Source: an uncultured Clostridia bacterium
GTDB lineage: Bacteria > Bacillota > Clostridia > Christensenellales > UBA1242
Direction: 5' to 3'
Length of the DNA stretch: 64,000 nucleotides
NCBI GenBank assembly: GCA_944384535.1
Contig: CALWTS010000004.1
Coordinates: forward strand, 33,941 to 97,940
Within the stretch, counting starts at the first letter, position 1; the number at the start of each line of letters is the position of its first letter. Made by a program: the position numbers and the translations under genes. Below the pieces are notes generated by a model, which did not search any database, had not been told where the DNA came from, and was given only the letters and a program-made list of their open reading frames with translations. Below are positions 35,854 to 45,855 of this stretch, in pieces.

Positions 35854-37258
35854 TATTCTTTGTTAAACGATGAGAGTCTATCTCAAATGTTGTTTTTTTC
35901 AACTTTTGATTTTCATTTGATGTGTTTTTACAAATACCATCAACTAGATTATTTGCCAATAAAACTTCTAAATTAGATAAAATCTCTTTATAATCCAAAT
36001 CTTGGCTGTTATTTGAATTATATATTTCATCATGAATAAATTGTAAAAAATCTAAAATTTTAATAAATTGAGCAAAAAAAGTATACTTTTTTGATGAATT
36101 TGGAACATTTTGTTTTAATGAATTAAAACGATTAATTAATTTATCAAACATTTCAAGATTTTCTTTATTTAAACCATTTCTATACTTTTCAAGTATATCA
36201 TTAAAGTTTAATGTCATTGATTTGTTAAATACTTTATATTCCAAAAACGGCATACCATAGTCCAATCCATTATCAAAATCTCTTTTTAATTCTTCATAAC
36301 TTTTATTATCTAGGTTTATTAAATATCTTTTTAAATGAGGAATATCAATTGCGTTGCATCTTCCCGTCTTATATTTAGTTCTTCTATCTTTACCTATAAA
36401 TTTCTTTACACATAGCAAATTATCATCTTCATTTTGAAAATGAAAATGAGGATTTTGTGCTATGGCACCAAAAACATCTTGTCTTTTATCATTCCCAATA
36501 TATAAATTATTATGGTCATGTGTTGCACTATCATATCTAAAGTACGGCATTGCTTTATTAGGATCCCCATCTAATATGCAATACATACAAATAGACAAAC
36601 TTCTTTGGTACGCAACATTATCAAGATAAATTTTATCATCGTTTGTTAAAACTTTTTTTCTCGCTTTAACTATTTTCATACTAGCTGGCTGATATCTCAA
36701 ATCAACGACTTTTGAATATATATTTCTTTGAGATTTTGATAAATAAAATTTTGTATCATTGAATATTATATCTTTGCTTTCTTTTGCCTTTAATTCATCA
36801 ACATATGTATTTTTAAAAAGATAAAGAGGAGAATTATAATCGTAATATTTTTGTAATATTGGAAATTTAGAATCAGAAAGTAATGTTAAAAAATCATGTT
36901 TTTTTAATATAAAAGGAACATATCTCCAACGTTTTTCTAAAAATTCATCAACAGAAAAATCTTTTAAAACTTTTTCTGCGATATCTTTGATATAAATATT
37001 ATTTTTATCAGCATTTTGGAAATGTCTTAAAACATCTAAATATATATATTGTTTTATTATTTGTTTTGCTTCTTCCTCGCTTTTTCCTTTTTCCATAAGT
37101 TGTAATATCAATTTAACTGTGGCTTCTTTACCACTTGTAAATAAAAATGTTTGCACATATTCAAAAACATCTTCATCAATTTTATTTAAAGAAAAATTAT
37201 AAGATTTTGCTTTTTTCTTTGTTAAAGAATTTCTATTTTTAAAATCTTTTGTGTACAT
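35819..37258 (-). CDS. unassigned PHFHF-motif protein (cassette 2 large subunit)
   Basis: The ATG at 37258 follows GGGAG. 479 aa. The core ...DGDPNKAMPYFRYDSATHDHNN...GAIAQNPHFHFQNEDD...NAIDIPHLKRYLINL...YGMPFLEYKV is homologous to 18873-20000. It has an extra N-terminal region of about 200 aa. Confidence 0.75.
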   Translation of the reverse strand: MYTKDFKNRNSLTKKKAKSYNFSLNKIDEDVFEYVQTFLFTSGKEATVKLILQLMEKGKSEEEAKQIIKQYIYLDVLRHFQNADKNNIYIKDIAEKVLKDFSVDEFLEKRWRYVPFILKKHDFLTLLSDSKFPILQKYYDYNSPLYLFKNTYVDELKAKESKDIIFNDTKFYLSKSQRNIYSKVVDLRYQPASMKIVKARKKVLTNDDKIYLDNVAYQRSLSICMYCILDGDPNKAMPYFRYDSATHDHNNLYIGNDKRQDVFGAIAQNPHFHFQNEDDNLLCVKKFIGKDRRTKYKTGRCNAIDIPHLKRYLINLDNKSYEELKRDFDNGLDYGMPFLEYKVFNKSMTLNFNDILEKYRNGLNKENLEMFDKLINRFNSLKQNVPNSSKKYTFFAQFIKILDFLQFIHDEIYNSNNSQDLDYKEILSNLEVLLANNLVDGICKNTSNENQKLKKTTFEIDSHRLTKNNEKFGDENENK

Positions 37259-37291
37259 TTTTACTCCCAATTATCAAATTTTCCCAAATCT

Positions 37292-37319
37292 ATTTTAACA
37301 TATATTAATAAAATTTCAA
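37292..37319 (-). promoter_or_regulatory. sigma-A-type promoter of cassette 2 (extended -10)
   Basis: Minus strand: TTGAAA (37314-37319), 16-nt spacer ending in TGT, TAAAAT (37292-37297). Confidence 0.45.
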
Positions 37320-37347
37320 TAGAAATAAAAATATTTAAGCAATATTT

Positions 37348-39123
37348 TTACTTTTGTATTTTTTCCCAATCTTTTAGTAATTTATTTAAATAATTAAAAC
37401 ATTCAATAAAAGTATTCTCATTTTCTAAATCACAACCAGCTTTTTTTAAAATGTTGATAGGTGTATCACTTGAACCAGCAGTTAAAAAACTGTAATATTG
37501 TTTAAGTGAATTTTCTTTATTTAGCAAAATTTTGTTCACAAATGTAATTGCACATATCATACCAGTTGCATATTTATATACATAAAATGCATTAAAAAAG
37601 TGAGGAATTCTTGCCCATTCGTACTTTATTTCCCTAATTAATTTAGTTTTACCAAAATATTTTTTATTCAATTCATAATATACTTCATTTATTCTATCTT
37701 TAGAAAGAGCTTCACCTTTTTCATATATATTATGAACTTTCTCCTCAAACTCAGCAAACATCGTTTGTCTAAAAATAGTTCCTTTCACTTCATCAAAAAG
37801 TTTATTATATAGATAAATTTTTTCTTTAGTATTTTGAGTTGTATTTAACAAATAATTAATTAATAAAATTTCATTTGTAGTGCTAGCTATCTCTGCTAAA
37901 AATATAGTATAATCAGCTTTTTGACGTGGTTGATTTATGTCAGAAAAATAAGAATGCATAGCATGACCTAATTCATGAGCAAGGGTAAAAACTGAATCTA
38001 AATCCCCCTCAAAATTAGTTAATACATAAGGATGAAAACCATAAATACATGTTTCATAAGCACCAGAACGTTTATCAATATTAGGATAAACATCTATCCA
38101 ACGTTCATCTTTAGCACGTTTTATTAAGTCTACATATTCTTCTCCTAATGGCTTTACTGCTTCCATTATTAAAGCTATTGCTTCATCATAAGTATATTTC
38201 CTCTTGTTTTTACATTCTATAATAGCCATATTATCATAGATATAAAAATCCTTCAACTTTAAAGCATTTTTTTTCAACTTAAAATATTTAAATAAAACTG
38301 TTAAATTTTTATTAACTTGTTCTATTAATGTATCATAAACTATTTTAGAAACTTCTTCATTAAAGAGTGCTTCATCAAGTGCCGATTGATATTTTCTTAT
38401 TTTTGCAAAGTAACAATTCTGTTTGATTTCAGAAATATAGTTATTTGCCAAGAAATTAATATATTTTCCAAATGCACCATTTAAAGCAATCATAGTATTT
38501 TTTCTTAACTCTCTATCCTTACTTCTCATTAATAAAGAATAATTAGATTGATTTAATTTGTGAAAATTACCCTTACTATCTTTTACATCTTGAAAAACTA
38601 AATCTACATCAGCAAATTTTCCCATATTTGATGAAAAACCATTTAAAAAATTCATACCAGAAAGTAATTTTTCTTCTTTTTTTGAAAGCATATGAATTTT
38701 ACTCTTTTTTATATTTTCAAACATTCTATCATAATTCTTAAATTTTTTATCACTAATTATGTCATCAATAATTTCATCTGATAGTTCGTGTAATTCTGAT
38801 GATGCAAAAGATGTTTCAATAGAAAATTCATTTAATAACAAACTTACCTTTTCTGCCATTTCATTTCTATTTCTATCTGACAGAAGCTCATCTTTTTTCA
38901 AATGTACATATAAACATAGAGGTTCAATTTCTTTTTCACATTTTTCATCTAATTTTAAAAATTTTAAAATTGTTTCTTTATTATTTAATTTGTTTTCAAA
39001 TTTTTTGAAATCTTTAATATATTCTTTTATTTTTATCAATCCTTGATTAAAATAATCTTCATTTGGACATAGAGATGTTAAATCCCATTTATACTTTTCA
39101 TTTATTTTATCTCTTTTTTTCAT
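37348..39123 (-). CDS. pepF: oligoendopeptidase F (M3B family)
   Basis: HELGHAMH zinc motif with downstream E (LAEIAST). 591 aa. Confidence 0.9.
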   Translation of the reverse strand: MKKRDKINEKYKWDLTSLCPNEDYFNQGLIKIKEYIKDFKKFENKLNNKETILKFLKLDEKCEKEIEPLCLYVHLKKDELLSDRNRNEMAEKVSLLLNEFSIETSFASSELHELSDEIIDDIISDKKFKNYDRMFENIKKSKIHMLSKKEEKLLSGMNFLNGFSSNMGKFADVDLVFQDVKDSKGNFHKLNQSNYSLLMRSKDRELRKNTMIALNGAFGKYINFLANNYISEIKQNCYFAKIRKYQSALDEALFNEEVSKIVYDTLIEQVNKNLTVLFKYFKLKKNALKLKDFYIYDNMAIIECKNKRKYTYDEAIALIMEAVKPLGEEYVDLIKRAKDERWIDVYPNIDKRSGAYETCIYGFHPYVLTNFEGDLDSVFTLAHELGHAMHSYFSDINQPRQKADYTIFLAEIASTTNEILLINYLLNTTQNTKEKIYLYNKLFDEVKGTIFRQTMFAEFEEKVHNIYEKGEALSKDRINEVYYELNKKYFGKTKLIREIKYEWARIPHFFNAFYVYKYATGMICAITFVNKILLNKENSLKQYYSFLTAGSSDTPINILKKAGCDLENENTFIECFNYLNKLLKDWEKIQK

Positions 39124-39211
39124 TTTAACTCCTTGTTATATTATAGTAATTTTTAAATCTTAATAAAAATAAAAAGTCATTACATCTGACTTTTCATTTG
39201 TAAAAGCAATA

Positions 39212-39910
39212 CTAATATAAAAAATATTTATTTAGATAAAACTTTTTCCAAGGTTCTTTATCTAAATCTGGAGGACAAGCAAAAGTCATCTGTTGTTTAG
39301 TAATTGGATGATAAAATTCTAATCTACCTGCCCAAAGTCCTAAATTACTTGAAATTTTATTTTTAATTTTCCCATATTTATTATCACCAAATAAAGGACA
39401 GTTAATTCCAGCAAGTTGAACCCTTATTTGATGTCCACGTCCCGTAATTAATTTAACTTCTAATAAAGCATAATCACCATCAGTTTGTAAAACCTTATAA
39501 AAAAGCTCTGCTTTTTTTGCACCATTTTCGGATTGTGGAACTATTTTAACAATATTTTCTTTTTCATTTTTCTTTAAAAAATTTATCAAAGTATCTTGTT
39601 TTAATTGTGGTGTTTTAATCGTAACAGCATAATAAATTTTTTTCATTTGATTATCTTTGATTTGTTGTGAAAGTCTAGCTGCAGCTTTAGACGTTTTTGC
39701 AAAAACCATAATTCCACCAGTTGGTCTATCTAGTCTATGCACTAATCCCACAAAAGCATCACCAGCTTTATTATATTTTTCTTTTAAGTATTTTTTCGCT
39801 TTAGAAAGCATATCCTCATCACCAGAAAAATCTTCTTGCGTTGGAACATTCTGAGGTTTTACAACAACAATTAAATGATTGTCTTCATATAAAACTATTA
39901 ATTCTTCCAT
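39212..39910 (-). CDS. RluA-family pseudouridine synthase
   Basis: Catalytic motif HRLDRPTGG and GRGHQIRVQL. Confidence 0.9.
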   Translation of the reverse strand: MEELIVLYEDNHLIVVVKPQNVPTQEDFSGDEDMLSKAKKYLKEKYNKAGDAFVGLVHRLDRPTGGIMVFAKTSKAAARLSQQIKDNQMKKIYYAVTIKTPQLKQDTLINFLKKNEKENIVKIVPQSENGAKKAELFYKVLQTDGDYALLEVKLITGRGHQIRVQLAGINCPLFGDNKYGKIKNKISSNLGLWAGRLEFYHPITKQQMTFACPPDLDKEPWKKFYLNKYFLY

Positions 39911-40749
39911 ATTTTTATCCCCCTAGCACCACAAGGTAAAACGATTCCTTCATCAGTAGGTAACCCAATTTCATCTGAATCAATGTTTCCATTGCCAAAA
40001 ATAAGTGTTAAAATATTTGACAAAACACTAGCTTGCAATCCAGTGGTATACGATGAAATCAACACAAAAAGAGGATTATTTGATAAAACTTTTTTTGATA
40101 GTTGCACAAAATCAAATAAATTATTTTCTAATTTCCACATTTCACCATTTGTTCCTCTTCCATAACTTGGAGGATCCATAATGATTGCATCATAAAAATT
40201 ACCTCTTCTTATCTCTCTTTCGATAAATTTTTTACAATCATCAACGATAAATCTTATATTTGTAATATTATTTAATTTTGCATTTTCTTTAGCTCTTTCA
40301 ACCATACCTTTACTGGAATCAATATGGGTAACATTTGCTCCAGCACTCGCACAAACAACACTAGCAGCTCCTGTATAAGCAAATAGGTTTAAGACTTTAA
40401 TAGGTCGATTACTTTGTTTTATAAGTTTAGTCATATCATTCCAGTTTACAGCCTGTTCTGGGAATATACCTGTATGTTTAAATCCCATTGGTTTAACAAC
40501 AAAACTAAGATTTTTCCATTTAATAATCCACTCTTCTGGAACTTTTGAAAAATATTTCCATGCACCTCCACCTGATGTTGATCTTATATAATGTGCATCA
40601 ATATTAAAATCTTTCAAAAAATTTTTGTTTGAATGCCAAATAACTTGAGGATCTGGTCGTAATAAAGTATAATTACCCCATTTTTCAAGTTTTTCACCAT
40701 CTCCTGTTGCTAGTACCTTATAATCTAACCAATCTATAGCTAATTTCAT
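39898..40749 (-). CDS. class I SAM-dependent RNA methyltransferase (RlmI/RlmK-like)
   Basis: SAM motif I LNLFAYTGAAS, motif IV IMDPPSYG. Overlaps the rluA-family gene by 13 nt. Confidence 0.75.
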   Translation of the reverse strand: MKLAIDWLDYKVLATGDGEKLEKWGNYTLLRPDPQVIWHSNKNFLKDFNIDAHYIRSTSGGGAWKYFSKVPEEWIIKWKNLSFVVKPMGFKHTGIFPEQAVNWNDMTKLIKQSNRPIKVLNLFAYTGAASVVCASAGANVTHIDSSKGMVERAKENAKLNNITNIRFIVDDCKKFIEREIRRGNFYDAIIMDPPSYGRGTNGEMWKLENNLFDFVQLSKKVLSNNPLFVLISSYTTGLQASVLSNILTLIFGNGNIDSDEIGLPTDEGIVLPCGARGIKIWKN

Positions 40750-40847
40750 AAATATTCCTCTATTTTTTTTTAACTAATATAGTAAATTAATAAAAAAAAG
40801 TCAAATATTCTTTAATTATAAAATATAAAAGCAGCTTGAATCTGCTT

Positions 40848-43800
40848 TTATATTTTTGATATCTTAATTTCTACCTTCTTGTTATCCATTTCAAAAACAA
40901 ATGAATTTGTTCCTAAATTACCACTTTCAACAACATCTGCTAACGTTCCATTTTGAATTTGCTTTTTATATTTTAAAAGAAGGTCGACTAATGATTTTTC
41001 ACCAGTTATATCAACTCTTATATGATTAACAACTTCGAAACCACTTTCCTTTCTTAAATTTTGAATTTTACTTATTATTTCTTTTATAATGCCTTTTTCA
41101 ATAAGTTCTTGAGTTAAATTTGTATCCAAGACAACCGTAATTTCTCCATTACTTTCACTTGAATAACCTTCCTTATTTTTTAAATTTATAATTAAATCTT
41201 CTTGAGATAAAGAAACTTCTGTTCCATTAGCAACAAAATTTAATGTCTCTCCTTTTCTAATTTTGTTAACCGCCTCCACTGAATTTAAGCTTGATAGATA
41301 TTCTTTTATACCAGAAAGAGCTTTTCCATATTTTGGTCCTACAGTTCTTAACTGTGGTTTTAGTTCGTAAGAAACATATTCATCAGCGTTATGCAAAATC
41401 TCAATATTTTCTACATTAAGTTCATCTTTAATTAAATCTTGTAATTCATTATCTAAGACAATTTCTTTATTGGTACAAATTATTACCTTAGATAATGGTT
41501 GACGATTTTTTACATTGCTAGCACTTCGACAAGATCTGCCGAGAATAACAATTTCTAAAACTTTATCCATACCATCATTTAATGTATTATCTATTCTTTT
41601 TTCATCAGCTTCAGGATAACTACAAAAATGTACGCTTTCTGGTGCATCTTTGTCTAAATTTACAACTAAATTTTGATATATTTCTTCAGAAATAAATGGA
41701 ACAAATGGGGCAATTAATTTAGATAGACTTACTAAAACTTCATATAAAGTTTTATATGCGGCTATCTTGTCACTACTTTCCTCGCTTCCCCAAAATCTTT
41801 CTCTCGATCTTCTAATATACCAATTAGATAACTTATCAACAAATTCGGTTATTGCTCTAGAAGATGAAAGCATATCATGATTATCTAATGCTTGGTTTAC
41901 CAATTTAATAAGAGCATTATATTCTGATAATAACCATTTATCAAGAAAAGACAATTTGCAATCTTCTAATTTATATTTAATAGGGTTAATTTTATCTATT
42001 TCTGCATACAAAACATAGAAGGCATAAACATTCCATAGTGTACCTAAAAATTTTCTTTGCAATTCAATCAAATTATCTTCATTGAAAGCAATCCCCTGAC
42101 CAGGAACGCAATTGTTATAGAAATACCATCTTAACGCATCAGCTCCTTCCCTGTTTAAAATATCCCAAGGATCAACACCATTTCCTAAGTGTTTAGACAT
42201 TTTTAAACCATGTTTATCTAAAACAAGACCCAAAACGTTACAAGATTTATAAGGAGATTTTCCAAACACTGCTGTATTTACAGCTTGTAATGTATAGAAC
42301 CATCCTCTCGTTTGATCAATAGCTTCACAAATATAATCAGCAGGGAAAGATTTTTCAAATAATTCCTTGTTTTCAAAAGGATAATGGTATTGTGCAAAAG
42401 GCATTGAACCAGAGTCGAACCAACAATCCATAACTTCAGGTGTCCTATGCATAGTTTTTCCACATTTATCACATTTCATGGTTAATTTGTCAAGAGTTGG
42501 TTTATGCAAATCAATATCACCCTTAATTCCAGTTAACTCTTTAAGTTCTTTTACAGAACCAATTACATGTACATTTCCACATTCACAAACCCAAAAAGGT
42601 AAAGGAGTTCCCCAATAACGATTTCTCGAAATTCCCCAATCAATATTATTTTCAAGGAAATTACCCATTCTTCCCTTTTTAATATGATCAGGTACCCACA
42701 TTACACTATCATTATTTTCAACCATCTTGTCTTTAATTGCAGTAGTTTTTATAAACCAAGTATTACTTGCATAATAAAGTAAAGGACTTCCACATCTCCA
42801 ACAATGAGGATAAGAATGTTCAAAAGGAAGCACTTTAAACATTTTATCTTCTTTCTTTAACTTTTCAATAATCAATTTATCTGCATCTTTTACGAAAATA
42901 CCAGCATATTCTGTCTTGTTGCTCATCTTGCCATTTTCATCAACTAATTGAATAAATGTTAGATTATATTTTTTTGCAGCTACATAATCCTCTTCTCCAA
43001 ATGCAGGGGCTATGTGAACAATGCCTGTTCCATCTTCTGTTGTTACATAATCATCAACAATTACAAAATATCCATTTTTAACTTCATCTTTCACATAATC
43101 AAAAAGCGGTTGATATCTATGATATTCAAACTCTTTACCTTTTTTTGTGTAAACCTTTGTATAACTACCTTCTTCAAATAATGTTGATATTAAAGCATCT
43201 AACATAATATAATATTGACCATTAAACTCAATTTTGGAGTATAATTCATTAGGATTCATACAAATTGCGATATTGGAAGGTAATGTCCAAGGAGTAGTAG
43301 TCCAAACCAAAAAGCAAGTATTAGGTTCTTCTTCACTTTTAAACTTAATATAAACTGAATTTTCTTTTAAAATCTTATAATTATCACCGTTTTCAACTTC
43401 CATTTTGGATAAAGATGTTCCACAACGTGGACAATATGGAACAATTTTATGTCCTCTATAAACAAGACCTTTTTTATCCATTTCTTTCAATGCCCAAAAG
43501 ATACTTTCAATATAATTGTTGTCATAGGTTATATAAGGATTTTCCATATCTACCCAGTAACCAACTTTATCTGTCATATCTTCCCACATGGTTTTATATT
43601 TCCAAACAGATTCACGACAAAGTGAAATAAATTTTTCTACTCCATACTTTTCAATATCCTGTTTTCCATTTAAACCTAAAGTTTTTTCTATTTCTACTTC
43701 AACAGGAAGACCATGAGTATCCCAGCCAGCTTTTCTATAAATATAATAACCTTTCATTGACATATATCGAGGAAGGATATCTTTCATTACACGTGTTAAA

Positions 43801-43979
43801 GGGTGTCCAATATGAGGTTTTCCATTGGCAGTTGGAGGACCATCATATAAAGTATAGCTTTTATCACTTCCTTTATTAAGATTTAATCCTTTTTTGATGA
43901 TATCATTATCTTTCCAAAATTTAAGAATTTTTTGTTCATTTTTAACAAAATCTAATTTAGTATCAACCTTATTATACAT
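40848..43979 (-). CDS. ileS: isoleucine--tRNA ligase (type 2, long form)
   Basis: PTANGKPHIGH (HIGH), KMSKHLGN (KMSKS), CP1 editing domain, Cys4 cluster (CPRCGT...CWRCGS). 1043 aa. Confidence 0.95.
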   Translation of the reverse strand: MYNKVDTKLDFVKNEQKILKFWKDNDIIKKGLNLNKGSDKSYTLYDGPPTANGKPHIGHPLTRVMKDILPRYMSMKGYYIYRKAGWDTHGLPVEVEIEKTLGLNGKQDIEKYGVEKFISLCRESVWKYKTMWEDMTDKVGYWVDMENPYITYDNNYIESIFWALKEMDKKGLVYRGHKIVPYCPRCGTSLSKMEVENGDNYKILKENSVYIKFKSEEEPNTCFLVWTTTPWTLPSNIAICMNPNELYSKIEFNGQYYIMLDALISTLFEEGSYTKVYTKKGKEFEYHRYQPLFDYVKDEVKNGYFVIVDDYVTTEDGTGIVHIAPAFGEEDYVAAKKYNLTFIQLVDENGKMSNKTEYAGIFVKDADKLIIEKLKKEDKMFKVLPFEHSYPHCWRCGSPLLYYASNTWFIKTTAIKDKMVENNDSVMWVPDHIKKGRMGNFLENNIDWGISRNRYWGTPLPFWVCECGNVHVIGSVKELKELTGIKGDIDLHKPTLDKLTMKCDKCGKTMHRTPEVMDCWFDSGSMPFAQYHYPFENKELFEKSFPADYICEAIDQTRGWFYTLQAVNTAVFGKSPYKSCNVLGLVLDKHGLKMSKHLGNGVDPWDILNREGADALRWYFYNNCVPGQGIAFNEDNLIELQRKFLGTLWNVYAFYVLYAEIDKINPIKYKLEDCKLSFLDKWLLSEYNALIKLVNQALDNHDMLSSSRAITEFVDKLSNWYIRRSRERFWGSEESSDKIAAYKTLYEVLVSLSKLIAPFVPFISEEIYQNLVVNLDKDAPESVHFCSYPEADEKRIDNTLNDGMDKVLEIVILGRSCRSASNVKNRQPLSKVIICTNKEIVLDNELQDLIKDELNVENIEILHNADEYVSYELKPQLRTVGPKYGKALSGIKEYLSSLNSVEAVNKIRKGETLNFVANGTEVSLSQEDLIINLKNKEGYSSESNGEITVVLDTNLTQELIEKGIIKEIISKIQNLRKESGFEVVNHIRVDITGEKSLVDLLLKYKKQIQNGTLADVVESGNLGTNSFVFEMDNKKVEIKISKI

Positions 43980-43984
43980 ATTTC

Positions 43985-44238
43985 ACTCCTTTTTTAATAT
44001 AAAAAAACCACATAAGTCACAAGAACCAATGCGGTTTTATACCACTTGTAAACTTAAATTGTAACAAGCAAACACTTGTCTCTTCTATAACGGGAAGTCC
44101 CGGAAATCCTTACTAAAGTTCACGATTTCAACTCCAAAAGTGATAATTAATAAGCAAATATATTGTTTTTCACCAACCAACAACTCTCTTTAATATTCTA
44201 TCTTATTAATCTTGTCTTTTATCATCGTTTTTCAATAC
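43985..44238 (-). promoter_or_regulatory. T-box leader (Ile specifier AUC) controlling ileS
   Basis: The minus strand shows Stem I AGAGAG...GGTGAAAA and a specifier GAA-AUC-G (44124-44126). The T-box core is divergent: ACAAGTGGTATAAAACCGC. The terminator AACCGCAT...ATGTGGTT is followed by TTTTTTT. Confidence 0.8.
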
Positions 44239-44244
44239 AAAAGT

Positions 44245-44273
44245 ATTTTAACTAAATAACATAAATTTGTCAA
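44245..44273 (-). promoter_or_regulatory. sigma-A-type promoter for the ileS leader
   Basis: Minus strand: TTGACA (44268-44273), 17-nt spacer, TAAAAT (44245-44250). Confidence 0.6.
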
Positions 44274-44298
44274 CTATAAAATTAAAAGAAAAATAAAA

Positions 44299-45030
44299 TT
44301 AATAATCTTCTAAAATTTTTTGAGCTTCAACTACGTTAGCACCTGTCATAATTCCAACAGGCATTTCATTACTTAATCCTTTTTTTGTAAATAAAATAGC
44401 GAGTAACTTATGGTTATTATCAAACTCTTGTAATGCTTCTTCAATTGTGCAGTCAATCTTTTTTACACAATAATAATTACTATTTTCTATAGTTGACAAC
44501 ATATCTTCTATTTGAATGTTATCCAAAAAAACGTCGCTTTTACCCCCAGATATTAGATATTGCCCTAGTGAAGTTAAAATTTTTTGAGCATTTGCAATTC
44601 CTATAAGTTCTTTTCCTTTATATACTGGTAAATTACTATAATTAGATTTAGCCATGGTTGTAATGACATCTCTCATGCTAGAACCAGCATATACTATCAA
44701 CACATTTTTACGTGCAACTGTATCAATAACTCTTGGTGGAGTTGTTAATAATTTTTCAATATGCTCTATGTTCTCTACTACAGAATCGTGTGGCTCGGCA
44801 ATAACAAAATCTTCATTATTGTTATGAATTATAGCATTTCTGAGTCTTCCATAATCAATTAAATCATCTTCGTATTTTCTTACAACATAGTTCATGCTAA
44901 CAACCTTTCTAATTAGTTCAGAAAAACCAGTAGCTCTATTAAAATTATATCTAGTTTTTAAAGCGTAGTCTATATTGTTATAAGCATCTATAAACCTTTT
45001 AGAATTTTGAAATATTTCTCTATTTTGCAT
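44299..45030 (-). CDS. HEPN-like N-terminal domain fused to a CBS-domain pair
   Basis: The N-terminal ~100 aa are helical and carry GRLRNAIIH (an R-x4-H HEPN-type motif with Asn after Arg). The C-terminal ~130 aa have two CBS repeats (MRDVITTMAKSNYSNLPVYKGKELIGI...; IEEALQEFDNNHKLLAILFTKKG...PVGIMTGANV). Confidence 0.6.
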   Translation of the reverse strand: MQNREIFQNSKRFIDAYNNIDYALKTRYNFNRATGFSELIRKVVSMNYVVRKYEDDLIDYGRLRNAIIHNNNEDFVIAEPHDSVVENIEHIEKLLTTPPRVIDTVARKNVLIVYAGSSMRDVITTMAKSNYSNLPVYKGKELIGIANAQKILTSLGQYLISGGKSDVFLDNIQIEDMLSTIENSNYYCVKKIDCTIEEALQEFDNNHKLLAILFTKKGLSNEMPVGIMTGANVVEAQKILEDY

Positions 45031-45157
45031 TTATCACCACCTTTCAGTATTATACCATATTTATTAGAATATAAAAAATAAATAAAAATTTTTTTACAAA
45101 AATCTATAAAATATATCATAAATTTTATAATTTTTGTTGATTAAAATTAAAAAATAA

Positions 45158-45186
45158 TTGCAAATTTATTAATATTATGCTAAAAT
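45158..45186 (+). promoter_or_regulatory. sigma-A-type promoter (extended -10) for SRP RNA
   Basis: TTGCAA (45158-45163), 17-nt spacer ending in TGC, TAAAAT (45181-45186). Confidence 0.6.
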
Positions 45187-45189
45187 CAT

Positions 45190-45462
45190 TGTGCTGAGCT
45201 AGACGGAGAGTTAGCGGTGCTCTGTAGCCCACAATCCGCTATAGTGGGGTTGAATGCTTATAGCGATTTAAATTTTGTAAATATGTGTATGTAAATTTGG
45301 TGATGAAATCAAGGTCTTATGCAATCAAAATCTTTGAATCATGTCAGGGCCTGACGGCAGCATCATTAAGAGGACACTTTGGTGTGCCATGAGGAAGCTT
45401 TGGTGGAGCTAGATTTGTGTAAGGCAGTTATGGAATTTTTATCAATATAAGATGCTCAGCAT
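45190..45462 (+). ncRNA. ffs: signal recognition particle RNA, long Bacillus-type (Alu + S domains)
   Basis: The terminal helix pairs GTGCTGAGC (45191-45199) with GCTCAGCAT (45453-45461). The S-domain helix-8 motif GTCAGGGCCTGACGGCAGCATC matches the conserved GUCAGGUCCGGAAGGAAGCAGC pattern. About 270 nt, followed by a terminator. Confidence 0.85.
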
Positions 45463-45472
45463 TGAAATCATT

Positions 45473-45499
45473 AAGCAGGTTTAAAATCTGCTTTTTTTG
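45473..45499 (+). terminator. rho-independent terminator after SRP RNA
   Basis: AAGCAG-gtttaaaat-CTGCTT followed by TTTTTT. Confidence 0.75.
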
Positions 45500-45560
45500 T
45501 TACTTAAATATATTGAATAAAAATTATTGTTTTGTAAATAATATTTACAAGGAGGAAAAG

Positions 45561-45815
45561 ATGAAAGATTTAACAACTCTTATTGGTTTTGGGGCAGGAA
45601 TGATTACAGGAATGTTATTATATAAACATTCTCAAAATGTGAAAAAAAATTTTAACAAAGGTGAAAAAGCAATCCTAGATAATATTGAAAAAAATGAAAA
45701 TAAAATTAAACAAAACATGAAAAAGATATCAAAAAAAGCAAAAAAAGCTATGGATAAAGCTGAAGAAAAAATCAATAATGGTATAACGTCTTTAAAAGAA
45801 AAAACAAAAAATTAA
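45561..45815 (+). CDS. YtxH-like small membrane-anchored protein
   Basis: The ATG at 45561 follows AAGGAGG. N-terminal Gly-rich TM (LIGFGAGMITGMLLY), then a Lys/Glu-rich helix. The track ORF start at 45462 lies inside the SRP RNA and its terminator. Confidence 0.65.
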   Translation: MKDLTTLIGFGAGMITGMLLYKHSQNVKKNFNKGEKAILDNIEKNENKIKQNMKKISKKAKKAMDKAEEKINNGITSLKEKTKN

Positions 45816-45855
45816 AAATTTTTTAACTTTTTGTCAATTTTTTATAAATTTTAAT

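Noticed and set aside
45462-45560. N-terminal extension of the ORF 45462-45815
   Set aside because: It overlaps the 3' end of the SRP RNA and its terminator hairpin. The start at 45561, with AAGGAGG upstream, is far better supported.
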